Shown here one piece after another: positions 24,633 to 39,800 of a stretch of DNA of 64,000 nucleotides (positions are counted from its first letter, which is position 1; each line of letters opens with the position of its first letter). Under the pieces are notes generated by a model that searched no databases, was not told the origin of the DNA, and worked only from the letters and a program-made list of their open reading frames with translations. Source of the DNA: Paragordius varius (lineage: Eukaryota; Animalia; Nematomorpha); assembly GCA_964247055.1 (NCBI GenBank), contig OZ176052.1, positions 13,454,001 through 13,518,000 on the forward strand, written 5' to 3'. The position numbers were made by a program, and so were the translations under genes.

Positions 24633-27600
24633 TAGCCATTTTTATTTTTAAAATCGTATAAAATAAATTTTTTAAATATTTAAAAAATTCATAAAAATTA
24701 CATTTATACTCCGATCTCGACAATATTTGGGGTGATGATGGAACTACCATAGGGCTACCCCAAAAAAATTATAGTGACATCACCTGATCAAATTTGGATT
24801 TTAGGTAGCCATTTTTATTTTTAAAATCGTATAAAATAAATTTTTTAAATGTTTAAAAAATTCATAAAAATTACATTTATAGTCCGATCCCCAAAATATT
24901 TGGGGTGATGATGGAATTACCATAGGGCTACCCAAAAAAAATTATGGTGACATCACCTGATCAAATTTGGATTTTAGGTAGCCATTTTTATTTTTAAAAT
25001 CGTATAAAATAAATTTTTTAAATATTTAAAAAATTCATAAAAATTACATTTATACTCCGATCTCGAAAATATTTGCGGTGATGATGGAACTACCATAGGG
25101 CTACCCAAAAAAAATTATAGTGACATCACCTGATCAAATTTGGATTTTAGGTAACCATTTTTATTTTTAATATCGTATAAAATAAATTTTTTAAATATTT
25201 AAGAAATTCATAAAAATTACATTTATAGTCCGATCCCCAAAATATTTGGGGTGATGATGGAACTACCATAGGGCTACCCAAAAAAAATTATAGTGACATC
25301 ACCTGATCAAATTTGGATTTTAGGTAGCCATTTTTATTTTTAAAATCGTATAAAATAAATTTTTTAAATATTTAAAAAATTCATAAAAATTACATTTATA
25401 GTCCGATCCCCAAAATATTTGGGGTGATGATGGAACTACCATAGCGCTACCCAAAAAAAATTATGGTGACATCACCTGATCAAATTTGGATTTTAGGTAG
25501 CCATTTTTATTTTTAAAATCGTATAAAATAAATTTTTTAAATATTTAAAAAATTCAAAAAAATTACATTTATACTCCGATCTCGACAATATTTGGGGTGA
25601 TGATGGAACTACCATAGGGCTACCCAAAAAAAATTATGGTGACATCACCTGATCAAATTTGGATTTTAGGTAGCCATTTTTATTTTTAAAATCGTATAAA
25701 ATAAATTTTTTAAATATTTAAAAAATTCATAAAAATTACATTTATACTCCGATCTCGAAAATATTTGGGGTGATGATGGAACAACCATAGGGCTACCTAA
25801 AAAAAATTATGGTGACATCACCTGATCAAATTTGGATTTTAGGTAGCCATTTTTATTTTTAAAATCGTATAAAATAAATTTTTTAAATATTTAAAAAATT
25901 CATAAAAGTTACATTTATAGTCCGATCCCCAAAATATTTGTGGTGATGATGGAACTACCATAGGGCCCAAAAAAAATTATAGTGACATCACCTGATCAAA
26001 TTTGGATTTTAGGTAGCCATTTTTATTTTTAAAATCGTATAAAATAAATTTTTTAAATATTTAAAAAATTCATAAAAATTACATTTACTCCGATCTCGAA
26101 AATATTTGGGGTGATGATGGAACAACCATAGGGCTACGCAAAAAAAATTATGGCGACATCACCTGATCAAATTTGGATTTTAGGTAGCCATTTTTATTTT
26201 TAAAATCGTATAAAATAAATTTTTTAAATATTTAAAAAATTCAAAAAAATTACATTTATACTCCGATCTCGAAAATATTTGGGGTGATGATGGAACTACC
26301 ATAGGGCTACCCAAAAAAAATTATGGCGACATCACCTGATCAAATTTGGATTTTAGATAGCCATTTTTATTTTTAAAATCGTATAAAATAAATTTTTTAA
26401 ATATTTAAAAAATTCATAAAAATTACATTTATACTCCGATCTCGACAATATTTGGCGTGATGATGGAACTACCATAGGGCTACCCCAAAAAAATTATAGT
26501 GACATCACCTGATCAAATTTGGATTTTAGGTAGCCATTTTTATTTTTAAAATCGTATAAAATAAATTTTTTAAATATTTAAAAAATTCAAAAAAATTACA
26601 TTTATACTCCGATCTCGAAAATATTTGGGGTGATGATGGAACTACCATAGGGCTACCCAAAAAAAATTATGGCGACATCACCTGATCAAATTTGGATTTT
26701 AGATAGCCATTTTTATTTTTAAAATCGTATAAAATAAATTTTTTAAATATTTAAAAAATTCATAAAAATTACATTTATACTCCGATCTCGACAATATTTG
26801 GCGTGATGATGGAACTACCATAGGGCTACCCCAAAAAAATTATAGTGACATCACCTGATCAAATTTGGATTTTAGGTAGCCATTTTTATTTTTAAAATCG
26901 TATAAAATAAATTTTTTAAATGTTTAAAAAATTTATAAAAATTACATTTATAGTCCGATCCCCAAAATATTTGGGGTGATGATGGAATTACCATAGGGCT
27001 ACCCAAAAAAAATTATGGTGACATCACCTGATCAAATTTGGATTTTAGGTAGCCATTTTTATTTTTAAAATCGTATAAAATAAATTTTTTAAATATTTAA
27101 AAAATTCATAAAAATTACATTTATACTCCGATCTCGAAAATATTTGGGGTGATGATGGAACTACCATAGGGCTACCCAAAAAAAATTATAGTGACATCAC
27201 CTGATCAAATTTGGATTTTAGGTAACCATATTTTTAATATCGTATAAAATAAATTTTTTAAATATTTAAGAAATTCATAAAAATTACATTTATACTCCGA
27301 TCTCGACAATATTTGGGGTGATGATGGAACTACCATAGGGCTACCCAAAAAAAATTATGGCGACATCACCTGATCAAATTTGGATTTTAGGTAGCCATTT
27401 TTATTTTTAAAATCGTATAAAATAAATTTTTTAAATATTTAAAAAATTCATAAAAATTACATTTATACTCCGATCTCGACAATATTTGGCGTGATGATGG
27501 AACTACCATAGGGCTACCCCAAAAAAATTATAGTGACATCACCTGATCAAATTTGGATTTTAGGTAGCCATTTTTATTTTTAAAATCGTATAAAATAAAT

Positions 27601-30600
27601 TTTTTAAATGTTTTAAAAATTTATAAAAATTACATTTATAGTCCGATCCCCAAAATATTTGGGGTGATGATGGAATTACCATAGGGCTACCCAAAAAAAA
27701 TTATGGTGACATCACCTGATCAAATTTGGATTTTAGGTAGCCATTTTTATTTTTAAAATCGTATAAAATAAATTTTTTAAATATTTAAAAAATTCATAAA
27801 AATTACATTTATACTCCGATCTCGAAAATATTTGCGGTGATGATGGAACTACCATAGGGCTACCCAAAAAAAATTATAGTGACATCACCTGATCAAATTT
27901 GGATTTTAGGTAACCATTTTTATTTTTAATATCGTATAAAATAAATTTTTTAAATATTTAAGAAATTCATAAAAATTACATTTATAGTCCGATCCCCAAA
28001 ATATTTGGGGTGATGATGGAACTACCATAGGGCTACCCAAAAAAAATTATAGTGACATCACCTGATCAAATTTGGATTTTAGGTAGCCATTTTTATTTTT
28101 AAAATCGTATAAAATAAATTTTTTAAATATTTAAAAAATTCATAAAAATTACATTTATAGTCCGATCCCCAAAATATTTGGGGTGATGATGGAACTACCA
28201 TAGCGCTACCCAAAAAAAATTATGGTGACATCACCTGATCAAATTTGGATTTTAGGTAGCCATTTTTATTTTTAAAATCGTATAAAATAAATTTTTTAAA
28301 TATTTAAAAAATTCAAAAAAATTACATTTATACTCCGATCTCGACAATATTTGGGGTGATGATGGAACTACCATAGGGCTACCCAAAAAAAATTATGGTG
28401 ACATCACCTGATCAAATTTGGATTTTAGGTAGCCATTTTTATTTTTAAAATCGTATAAAATAAATTTTTTAAATATTTAAAAAATTCATAAAAATTACAT
28501 TTATACTCCGATCTCGAAAATATTTGGGGTGATGATGGAACAACCATAGGGCTACCTAAAAAAAATTATGGTGACATCACCTGATCAAATTTGGATTTTA
28601 GGTAGCCATTTTTATTTTTAAAATCGTATAAAATAAATTTTTTAAATATTTAAAAAATTCATAAAAGTTACATTTATAGTCCGATCCCCAAAATATTTGT
28701 GGTGATGATGGAACTACCATAGGGCCCAAAAAAAATTATAGTGACATCACCTGATCAAATTTGGATTTTAGGTAGCCATTTTTATTTTTAAAATCGTATA
28801 AAATAAATTTTTTAAATATTTAAAAAATTCATAAAAATTACATTTACTCCGATCTCGAAAATATTTGGGGTGATGATGGAACAACCATAGGGCTACGCAA
28901 AAAAAATTATGGCGACATCACCTGATCAAATTTGGATTTTAGGTAGCCATTTTTATTTTTAAAATCGTATAAAATAAATTTTTTAAATATTTAAAAAATT
29001 CAAAAAAATTACATTTATACTCCGATCTCGAAAATATTTGGGGTGATGATGGAACTACCATAGGGCTACCCAAAAAAAATTATGGCGACATCACCTGATC
29101 AAATTTGGATTTTAGATAGCCATTTTTATTTTTAAAATCGTATAAAATAAATTTTTTAAATATTTAAAAAATTCATAAAAATTACATTTATACTCCGATC
29201 TCGACAATATTTGGCGTGATGATGGAACTACCATAGGGCTACCCCAAAAAAATTATAGTGACATCACCTGATCAAATTTGGATTTTAGGTAGCCATTTTT
29301 ATTTTTAAAATCGTATAAAATAAATTTTTTAAATATTTAAAAAATTCAAAAAAATTACATTTATACTCCGATCTCGAAAATATTTGGGGTGATGATGGAA
29401 CTACCATAGGGCTACCCAAAAAAAATTATGGCGACATCACCTGATCAAATTTGGATTTTAGATAGCCATTTTTATTTTTAAAATCGTATAAAATAAATTT
29501 TTTAAATATTTAAAAAATTCATAAAAATTACATTTATACTCCGATCTCGACAATATTTGGCGTGATGATGGAACTACCATAGGGCTACCCCAAAAAAATT
29601 ATAGTGACATCACCTGATCAAATTTGGATTTTAGGTAGCCATTTTTATTTTTAAAATCGTATAAAATAAATTTTTTAAATGTTTAAAAAATTTATAAAAA
29701 TTACATTTATAGTCCGATCCCCAAAATATTTGGGGTGATGATGGAATTACCATAGGGCTACCCAAAAAAAATTATGGTGACATCACCTGATCAAATTTGG
29801 ATTTTAGGTAGCCATTTTTATTTTTAAAATCGTATAAAATAAATTTTTTAAATATTTAAAAAATTCATAAAAATTACATTTATACTCCGATCTCGAAAAT
29901 ATTTGGGGTGATGATGGAACTACCATAGGGCTACCCAAAAAAAATTATAGTGACATCACCTGATCAAATTTGGATTTTAGGTAACCATATTTTTAATATC
30001 GTATAAAATAAATTTTTTAAATATTTAAGAAATTCATAAAAATTACATTTATACTCCGATCTCGACAATATTTGGGGTGATGATGGAACTACCATAGGGC
30101 TACCCAAAAAAAATTATGGCGACATCACCTGATCAAATTTGGATTTTAGGTAGCCATTTTTATTTTTAAAATCGTATAAAATAAATTTTTTAAATATTTA
30201 AAAAATTCATAAAAATTACATTTATACTCCGATCTCGACAATATTTGGCGTGATGATGGAACTACCATAGGGCTACCCCAAAAAAATTATAGTGACATCA
30301 CCTGATCAAATTTGGATTTTAGGTAGCCATTTTTATTTTTAAAATCGTATAAAATAAATTTTTTAAATGTTTTAAAAATTTATAAAAATTACATTTATAG
30401 TCCGATCCCCAAAATATTTGGGGTGATGATGGAATTACCATAGGGCTACCCAAAAAAAATTATGGTGACATCACCTGATCAAATTTGGATTTTAGGTAGC
30501 CATTTTTATTTTTAAAATCGTATAAAATAAATTTTTTAAATATTTAAAAAATTCATAAAAATTACATTTATACTCCGATCTCGAAAATATTTGGGGTGAT

Positions 30601-30840
30601 GATGGAACTACCATAGGGCTACCCAAAAAAAATTATAGTGACATCACCTGATCAAATTTGGATTTTAGGTAACCATTTTTATTTTTAATATCGTATAAAA
30701 TAAATTTTTTAAATATTTAAGAAATTCATAAAAATTACATTTATAGTCCGATCCCAAAAATATTTGGGGTGATGATGGAACTACCATAGGGCTACCCAAA
30801 AAAAATTATAGTGACATCACCTGATCAAATTTGGATTTTA
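24633..30840. repeat. Tandem 16-monomer higher-order repeat, about 2.2 copies of 2759 bp
   Basis: TTTGCGG (25076/27835), GGGCCC (25963/28722), CTACCTAA, TTAGATAGCC and GGTAACCATATTTT pairs. Unit starts at 24633, 27392 and 30151. Confidence 0.9.
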
Positions 30841-33800
30841 GGTAGCCATTTTTATTTTTAAAATCGTATAAAATAAATTTTTTAAATATTTAAAAAATTC
30901 ATAAAAATTACATTTATAGTCCGATCCCCAAAATATTTGGGGTGAGGATGGAACTACCATAGCGCTACCCAAAAATAATTATGGTGACATCACCTGATCA
31001 AATTTGGATTTTAGGTAGCCATTTTTATTTTTAAAATCGTATAAAATAAATTTTTTAAATATTTAAAAAATTCATAAAAATTACATTTATACTCCGATCT
31101 CGAAAATATTTGGGGTGATAATGGAACTACCATAGGGCTACCCAAAAAAAATTATAGTGACATCACCTGATCAAATTTGGATTTTAGGTAGCCATTTTTA
31201 TTTTTAAAATCGTATAAAATAAATTTTTTAAATATTTTAAAAATTCATAAAAATTACATTTATAGTCCGATCCCCAAAATATTTGGGGTGATGATGGAAC
31301 TACCATAGGGCTACCCAAAAAAATTATGGTGACATCACCTGATCAAATTTGGATTTTAGGTAGCCATTTTTATTTTTAAAATCGTATAAAATAAATTTTT
31401 TAAATATTTAAAAAATTCATAAAAATTACATTTATACTCCGATCTCGAAAATATTTGGGGGGATGATGGAACTACCATAGGGCTACCCAAAAAAAGTTAT
31501 AGTGACATCACCTGATCAAATTTGGATTTTAGGTAACCATTTTTATTTTTAATATCGTATAAAATAAATTTTTTAAATATTAAAAAATTCATAAAAATTA
31601 CATTTCTAGTCCGATCCCCAAAATATTTGGGGTGATGATGGAACTACCATAGGGCTACCCAAAAAAAATTATAGTGACATCACCTGATCAAATTTGGATT
31701 TTAGGTAGCCATTTTTATTTTTAAAATCGTATAAAATAAATTTTTTAAATATTTAAAAAATTCATAAAAATTACATTTATACTCCGATCTCGAAAATATT
31801 TGGGGGGATGATGGAACTACCATAGGGCTACCCAAAAAAAGTTATAGTGACATCACCTGATCAAATTTGGATTTTAGGTAACCATTTTTATTTTTAATAT
31901 CGTATAAAATAAATTTTTTAAATATTAAAAAATTCATAAAAATTACATTTCTAGTCCGATCCCCAAAATATTTGGGGTGATGATGGAACTACCATAGGGC
32001 TACCCAAAAAAAATTATAGTGACATCACCTGATCAAATTTGGATTTTAGGTAGCCATTTTTATTTTTAAAATCGTATAAAATAAATTTTTTAAATTTTTA
32101 AAAAATTCATAAAAATTACATTTATACTCCGATCTCGAAAATATTTGGGGTGATGATGGAACTACAATAGGGCTACGCAAAAAAAATTATGGTGACATCA
32201 CCTGATCAAATTTGGATTTTAGGTAGCCATTTTTATTTTTAAAATCGTATAAAATAAATTTTTTAAATATTTAAAAAATTCATAAAAATTACATTTATAC
32301 TCCGATCTCGAAAATATTTGGGGTGATAATTGAACTACCATAGGGCTACCCAAAAAAAATTATAGTGACATCACCTGATCAAATTTGGATTTTAGGTAGC
32401 CATTTTTATTTTTAAAATCGTATAAAATAAATTTTTTAAATATTTAAAAAATTCATAAAAATTACATTTATACTCCGATCTCGAAAATATTTGGGGTGAT
32501 GATGGAACTACCATAGGGCTACGCAAAAAAAATTATGGTGACATCACCTGATCAAATTTGGATTTTAGGTAGCCATTTTTATTTTTAAAATCGTATAAAA
32601 TAAATTTTTTAAATATTTAAAAAATTCAAAAAAATTACATTTATACTCCGATCTCGACAATATTTGGGGTGATGATGGAACTACCATAGGGCTACCCAAA
32701 AAAAATTATGGTGACATCACCTGATCAAATTTGGATTTTAGGTAGCCATTTTTATTTTTAAAATCGTATAAAATAAATTTTTTAAATATTTAAAAAATTC
32801 ATAAAAATTACATTTATACTCCGATCTCGAAAATATTTGGGGTGATGATGGAACTACCATAGGGCTACCCAAAAAAAATTATAGTGACATCACCTGATCA
32901 AATTTGGATTTTAGGTAACCATTTTTATTTTTAATATCGTATAAAATAAATTTTTTAAATATTTAAGAAATTCATAAAAATTACATTTATAGTCCGATCC
33001 CAAAAATATTTGGGGTGATGATGGAACTACCATAGGGCTACCCAAAAAAAATTATAGTGACATCACCTGATCAAATTTGGATTTTAGGTAGCCATTTTTA
33101 TTTTTAAAATCGTATAAAATAAATTTTTTAAATATTTAAAAAATTCATAAAAATTACATTTATAGTCCGATCCCCAAAATATTTGGGGTGAGGATGGAAC
33201 TACCATAGCGCTACCCAAAAATAATTATGGTGACATCACCTGATCAAATTTGGATTTTAGGTAGCCATTTTTATTTTTAAAATCGTATAAAATAAATTTT
33301 TTAAATATTTAAAAAATTCATAAAAATTACATTTATACTCCGATCTCGAAAATATTTGGGGTGATAATGGAACTACCATAGGGCTACCCAAAAAAAATTA
33401 TAGTGACATCACCTGATCAAATTTGGATTTTAGGTAGCCATTTTTATTTTTAAAATCGTATAAAATAAATTTTTTAAATATTTTAAAAATTCATAAAAAT
33501 TACATTTATAGTCCGATCCCCAAAATATTTGGGGTGATGATGGAACTACCATAGGGCTACCCAAAAAAATTATGGTGACATCACCTGATCATATTTGGAT
33601 TTTAGGTAGCCATTTTTATTTTTAAAATCGTATAAAATAAATTTTTTAAATATTTAAAAAATTCATAAAAATTACATTTATACTCCGATCTCGAAAATAT
33701 TTGGGGGGATGATGGAACTACCATAGGGCTACCCAAAAAAAGTTATAGTGACATCACCTGATCAAATTTGGATTTTAGGTAACCATTTTTATTTTTAATA

Positions 33801-36800
33801 TCGTATAAAATAAATTTTTTAAATATTAAAAAATTCATAAAAATTACATTTCTAGTCCGATCCCCAAAATATTTGGGGTGATGATGGAACTACCATAGGG
33901 CTACCCAAAAAAAATTATAGTGACATCACCTGATCAAATTTGGATTTTAGGTAGCCATTTTTATTTTTAAAATCGTATAAAATAAATTTTTTAAATTTTT
34001 AAAAAATTCATAAAAATTACATTTATACTCCGATCTCGAAAATATTTGGGGTGATGATGGAACTACAATAGGGCTACGCAAAAAAAATTATGGTGACATC
34101 ACCTGATCAAATTTGGATTTTAGGTAGCCATTTTTATTTTTAAAATCGTATAAAATAAATTTTTTAAATATTTAAAAAATTCATAAAAATTACATTTATA
34201 CTCCGATCTCGAAAATATTTGGGGTGATAATTGAACTACCATAGGGCTACCCAAAAAAAATTATAGTGACATCACCTGATCAAATTTGGATTTTAGGTAG
34301 CCATTTTTATTTTTAAAATCGTATAAAATAAATTTTTTAAATATTTTAAAAATTCATAAAAATTACATTTATAGTCCGATCCCCAAAATATTTGGGGTGA
34401 TGATGGAACTACCATAGGGCTACCCAAAAAAAATTATGGTGACATCACCTGATCAAATTTGGATTTTAGGTAGCCATTTTTATTTTTAAATTCGTATAAA
34501 ATAAATTTTTTAAATATTTAAAAAATTCATAAAAATTACATTTATACTCCGATCTCGAAAATATTTGGGGTGATGATGGAACTACCATAGGGCTACGCAA
34601 AAAAAATTATGGTGACATCACCTGATCAAATTTGGATTTTAGGTAGCCATTTTTATTTTTAAAATCGTATAAAATAAATTTTTTAAATATTTAAAAAATT
34701 CAAAAAAATTACATTTATACTCCGATCTCGACAATATTTGGGGTGATGATGGAACTACCATAGGGCTACCCAAAAAAAATTATGGTGACATCACCTGATC
34801 AAATTTGGATTTTAGGTAGCCATTTTTATTTTTAAAATCGTATAAAATAAATTTTTTAAATATTTAAAAAATTCATAAAAATTACATTTATACTCCGATC
34901 TCGAAAATATTTGGGGTGATGATGGAACTACCATAGGGCTACCCAAAAAAAATTATGGTGACATCACCTGATCAAATTTGGATTTTAGGTAGCCATTTTT
35001 ATTTTTAAAATCGTATAAAATAAATTTTTTAAATATTTAAAAAATTCATAAAAGTTACATTTATAGTCCGATCCCCAAAATATTTGTGGTGATGATGGAA
35101 CTACCATAGGGCTACCCAAAAAAAATTATGGTGACATCACCTGATCAAATTTGGATTTTAGGTAGCCATTTTTATTTTTAAAATCGTATAAAATAAATTT
35201 TTTAAATATTTAAAAAATTCAAAAAAATTACATTTATACTCCGATCTCGACAATATTTGGGGTGATGATGGAATTACCATAGGGCTACCCAAAAAAAATT
35301 ATGGTGACATCACCTGATCAAATTTGGATTTTAGGTAGCCATTTTTATTTTTAAAATCGTATAAAATAAATTTTTTAAATATTTAAAAAATTCATAAAAA
35401 TTACATTTATACTCCGATCTCGAAAATATTTGGGGTGATGATGGAACTACCATAGGGCTACCCAAAAAAAATTATGGTGACATCACCTGATCAAATTTTT
35501 ATTTTAGGTAGCCATTTTTATTTTTAAAATCGTATAAAATAAATTTTTTAAATATTTAAAAAATTCATAAAAATTACATTTATACTCCGATCTCGAAAAT
35601 ATTTGGGGTGATGATGGAACTACCATAGGGCTACCCAAAAAAAATTATAGTGACATCACCTGATCAAATTTGGATTTTAGGTAGCCATTTTTATCTTAAA
35701 ATCGTATAAAATAAATTTTTTAAATATTTAAAAAATTCAAAAAAATTACATTTATACTCCGATCTCGACAATATTTGGGGTGATGATGGAACTACCATAG
35801 GGCTACCCAAAAAAAATTATGGTGACATCACCTGATCAAATTTGGATTTTAGGTAGCCATTTTTATTTTTAAAATCGTATAAAATAAATTTTTTAAATAT
35901 TTAAAAAATTCATAAAAATTACATTTATAGTCCGATCCCCAAAATATTTGGGGTTATGATGGAACTACCATAGGGCTACGCAAAAAAAATTATGGTGACA
36001 TCACCTGATCAAATTTGGATTTTAGGTAGCCATTTTTATTTTTAAAATCGTATAAAATAAATTTTTTAAATATTTAAAAAATTCATAAAAATTACATTTA
36101 TACTCCGATCTCGAAAATATTTGGGGGGATGATGGAACTACCATAGGGCTACCCAAAAAAAGTTATAGTGACATCACATCAAATTTGGATTTTAGGTAGC
36201 CATTTTTATTTTTAAAATCGTATAAAATAAATTTTTTAAATATTTAAAAAATTCATAAAAATTACATTTATACTCCGATCTCGAAAATATTTGGGGTGAT
36301 GATGGAACTACCATAGGGCTACCCAAAAAAAATTATAGTGACATCACCTGATCAAATTTGGATTTTAGGTAGCCATTTTTATTTTTAAAATCGTATAAAA
36401 TAAATTTTTTTAATATTTAAAAAATTCATAAAAATTACATTTATAGTCCGATCCCCAAAATATTTGTGGTTATGATGGAACTACCATAGCGCTACCCAAA
36501 AAAAATTATGGTGACATCACCTGATCAAATTTGGATTTTAGGTAGCCATTTTTATTTTTAAAATCGTATAAAATAAATTTTTTAAATATTTAAAAAATTC
36601 ATAAAAATTACATTTATACTCCGATCTCGAAAATATTTGGGGTGATAATGGAACTACCATAGGGCTACCCAAAAAAAATTATAGTGACATCACCTGATCA
36701 AATTTGGATTTTAGGTAGCCATTTTTATTTTTAAAATCGTATAAAATAAATTTTTTAAATATTTTAAAGTTCATAAAAATTACATTTATAGTCCGATCCC

Positions 36801-39800
36801 CAAAATATTTGGGGTGATGATGGAACTACCATAGGGCTACCCAAAAAAATTATGGTGACATCACCTGATCAAATTTGGATTTTAGGTAGCCATTTTTATT
36901 TTTAAATTCGTATAAAATAAATTTTTTAAATATTTAAAAAATTCATAAAAATTACATTTATACTCCGATCTCGAAAATATTTGGGGTGATGATGGAACTA
37001 CCATAGGGCTACGCAAAAAAAATTATGGTGACATCACCTGATCAAATTTGGATTTTAGGTAGCCATTTTTATTTTTAAAATCGTATAAAATAAATTTTTT
37101 AAATATTTAAAAAATTCAAAAAAATTACATTTATACTCCGATCTCGACAATATTTGGGGTGATGATGGAACTACCATAGGGCTACCCAAAAAAAATTATG
37201 GTGACATCACCTGATCAAATTTGGATTTTAGGTAGCCATTTTTATTTTTAAAATCGTATAAAATAAATTTTTTAAATATTTAAAAAATTCATAAAAATTA
37301 CATTTATACTCCGATCTCGAAAATATTTGGGGTGATGATGGAACTACCATAGGGCTACCCAAAAAAAATTATGGTGACATCACCTGATCAAATTTGGATT
37401 TTAGGTAGCCATTTTTATTTTTAAAATCGTATAAAATAAATTTTTTTAATATTTAAAAAATTCATAAAAGTTACATTTATAGTCCGATCCCCAAAATATT
37501 TGTGGTGATGATGGAACTACCATAGGGCTACCCAAAAAAAATTATGGTGACATCACCTGATCAAATTTGGATTTTAGGTAGCCATTTTTATTTTTAACGT
37601 ATAAAATAAATTTTTTAAATATTTAAAAAATTCAAAAAAATTACATTTATACTTCGATCTCGACAATATTTGGGGTGATGATGGAATTACCATAGGGCTA
37701 CCCAAAAAAAATTATGGTGACATCACCTGATCAAATTTGGATTTTAGGTAGCCATTTTTATTTTTAAAATCGTATAAAATAAATTTTTTAAATATTTAAA
37801 AAATTCATAAAAATTACATTTATACTCCGATCTCGAAAATATTTGGGGTGATGATGGAACTACCATAGGGCTACCCAAAAAAAATTATGGTGACATCACC
37901 TGATCAAATTTTTATTTTAGGTAGCCATTTTTATTTTTAAAATCGTATAAAATAAATTTTTTAAATATTTAAAAAATTCATAAAAATTACATTTATACTC
38001 CGATCTCGAAAATATTTGGGGTGATGATGGAACTACCATAGGGCTACCCAAAAAAAATTATAGTGACATCACCTGATCAAATTTGGATTTTAGGTAGCCA
38101 TTTTTATTTTTAAAATCGTATAAAATAAATTTTTTAAATATTTAAAAAATTCATAAATTTTACATTTATAGTCCGATCCCCAAAATATTTGGGGTGATGA
38201 TGGAACTACCATAGGGCTACCCAAAAAAAATTATGGTGTCACCTGATCAAATTTGGATTTTAGGTAGCCATTTTTATTTTTAAAATCGTATAAAATAAAT
38301 TTTTTAAATATTTAAAAAATTCATAAAAATTACATTTATACTCCGATCTCGAAAATATTTGGGGTGATGATGGAACTACCATAGGGCTACGCAAAAAAAA
38401 TTATGGTGACATCACCTGATCAAATTTGGATTTTAGGTAGCCATTTTTATTTTTAAAATCGTATAAAATAAATTTTTTAAATATTTAAAAAATTCAAAAA
38501 AATTACATTTATACTCCGATCTCGACAATATTTGGGGTGATGATGGAACTACCATAGGGCTACCCAAAAAAAATTATGGTGACATCACCTGATCAAATTT
38601 GGATTTTAGGTAGCCATTTTTATTTTTAAAATCGTATAAAATAAATTTTTTAAATATTTAAAAAATTCATAAAAATTACATTTATACTCCGATCTCGAAA
38701 ATATTTGGGGTGATGATGGAACTACCATAGGGCTACCCAAAAAAAATTATGGTGACATCACCTGATCAAATTTGGATTTTAGGTAGCCATTTTTATTTTT
38801 AAATCGTATAAAATAAATTTTTTAAATATTTAAAAAATTCATAAAAGTTACATTTATAGTCCGATCCCCAAAATATTTGTGGTGATGATGGAACTACCAT
38901 AGGGCTACCCAAAAAAAATTATGGTGACATCACCTGATCAAATTTGGATTTTAGGTAGCCATTTTTATTTTTAAAATCGTATAAAATAAATTTTTTAAAT
39001 ATTTAAAAAATTCAAAAAAATTACATTTATACTCCGATCTCGACAATATTTGGGGTGATGATGGAATTACCATAGGGCTACCCAAAAAAAATTATGGTGA
39101 CATCACCTGATCAAATTTGGATTTTAGGTAGCCATTTTTATTTTTAAATTCGTATAAAATAAATTTTTTAAATATTTAAAAAATTCATAAAAATTACATT
39201 TATACTCCGATCTCGAAAATATTTGGGGTGATGATGGAACTACCATAGGGCTACGCAAAAAAAATTATGGTGACATCACCTGATCAAATTTGGATTTTAG
39301 GTAGCCATTTTTATTTTTAAAATCGTATAAAATAAATTTTTTAAATATTTAAAAAATTCAAAAAAATTACATTTATACTCCGATCTCGACAATATTTGGG
39401 GTGATGATGGAACTACCATAGGGCTACCCAAAAAAAATTATGGTGACATCACCTGATCAAATTTGGATTTTAGGTAGCCATTTTTATTTTTAAAATCGTA
39501 TAAAATAAATTTTTTAAATATTTAAAAAATTCATAAAAATTACATTTATACTCCGATCTCGAAAATATTTGGGCATGATGATGGAACTACCATAGGGCTA
39601 CCCAAAAAAAATTATGGTGACATCACCTGATCAAATTTGGATTTTAGGTAGCCATTTTTATTTTTAAAATCGTATAAAATAAATTTTTTAAATATTTAAA
39701 AAATTCATAAAAGTTACATTTATAGTCCGATCCCCAAAATATTTGTGGTGATGATGGAACTACCATAGGGCTACCCAAAAAAAATTATGGTGACATCACC

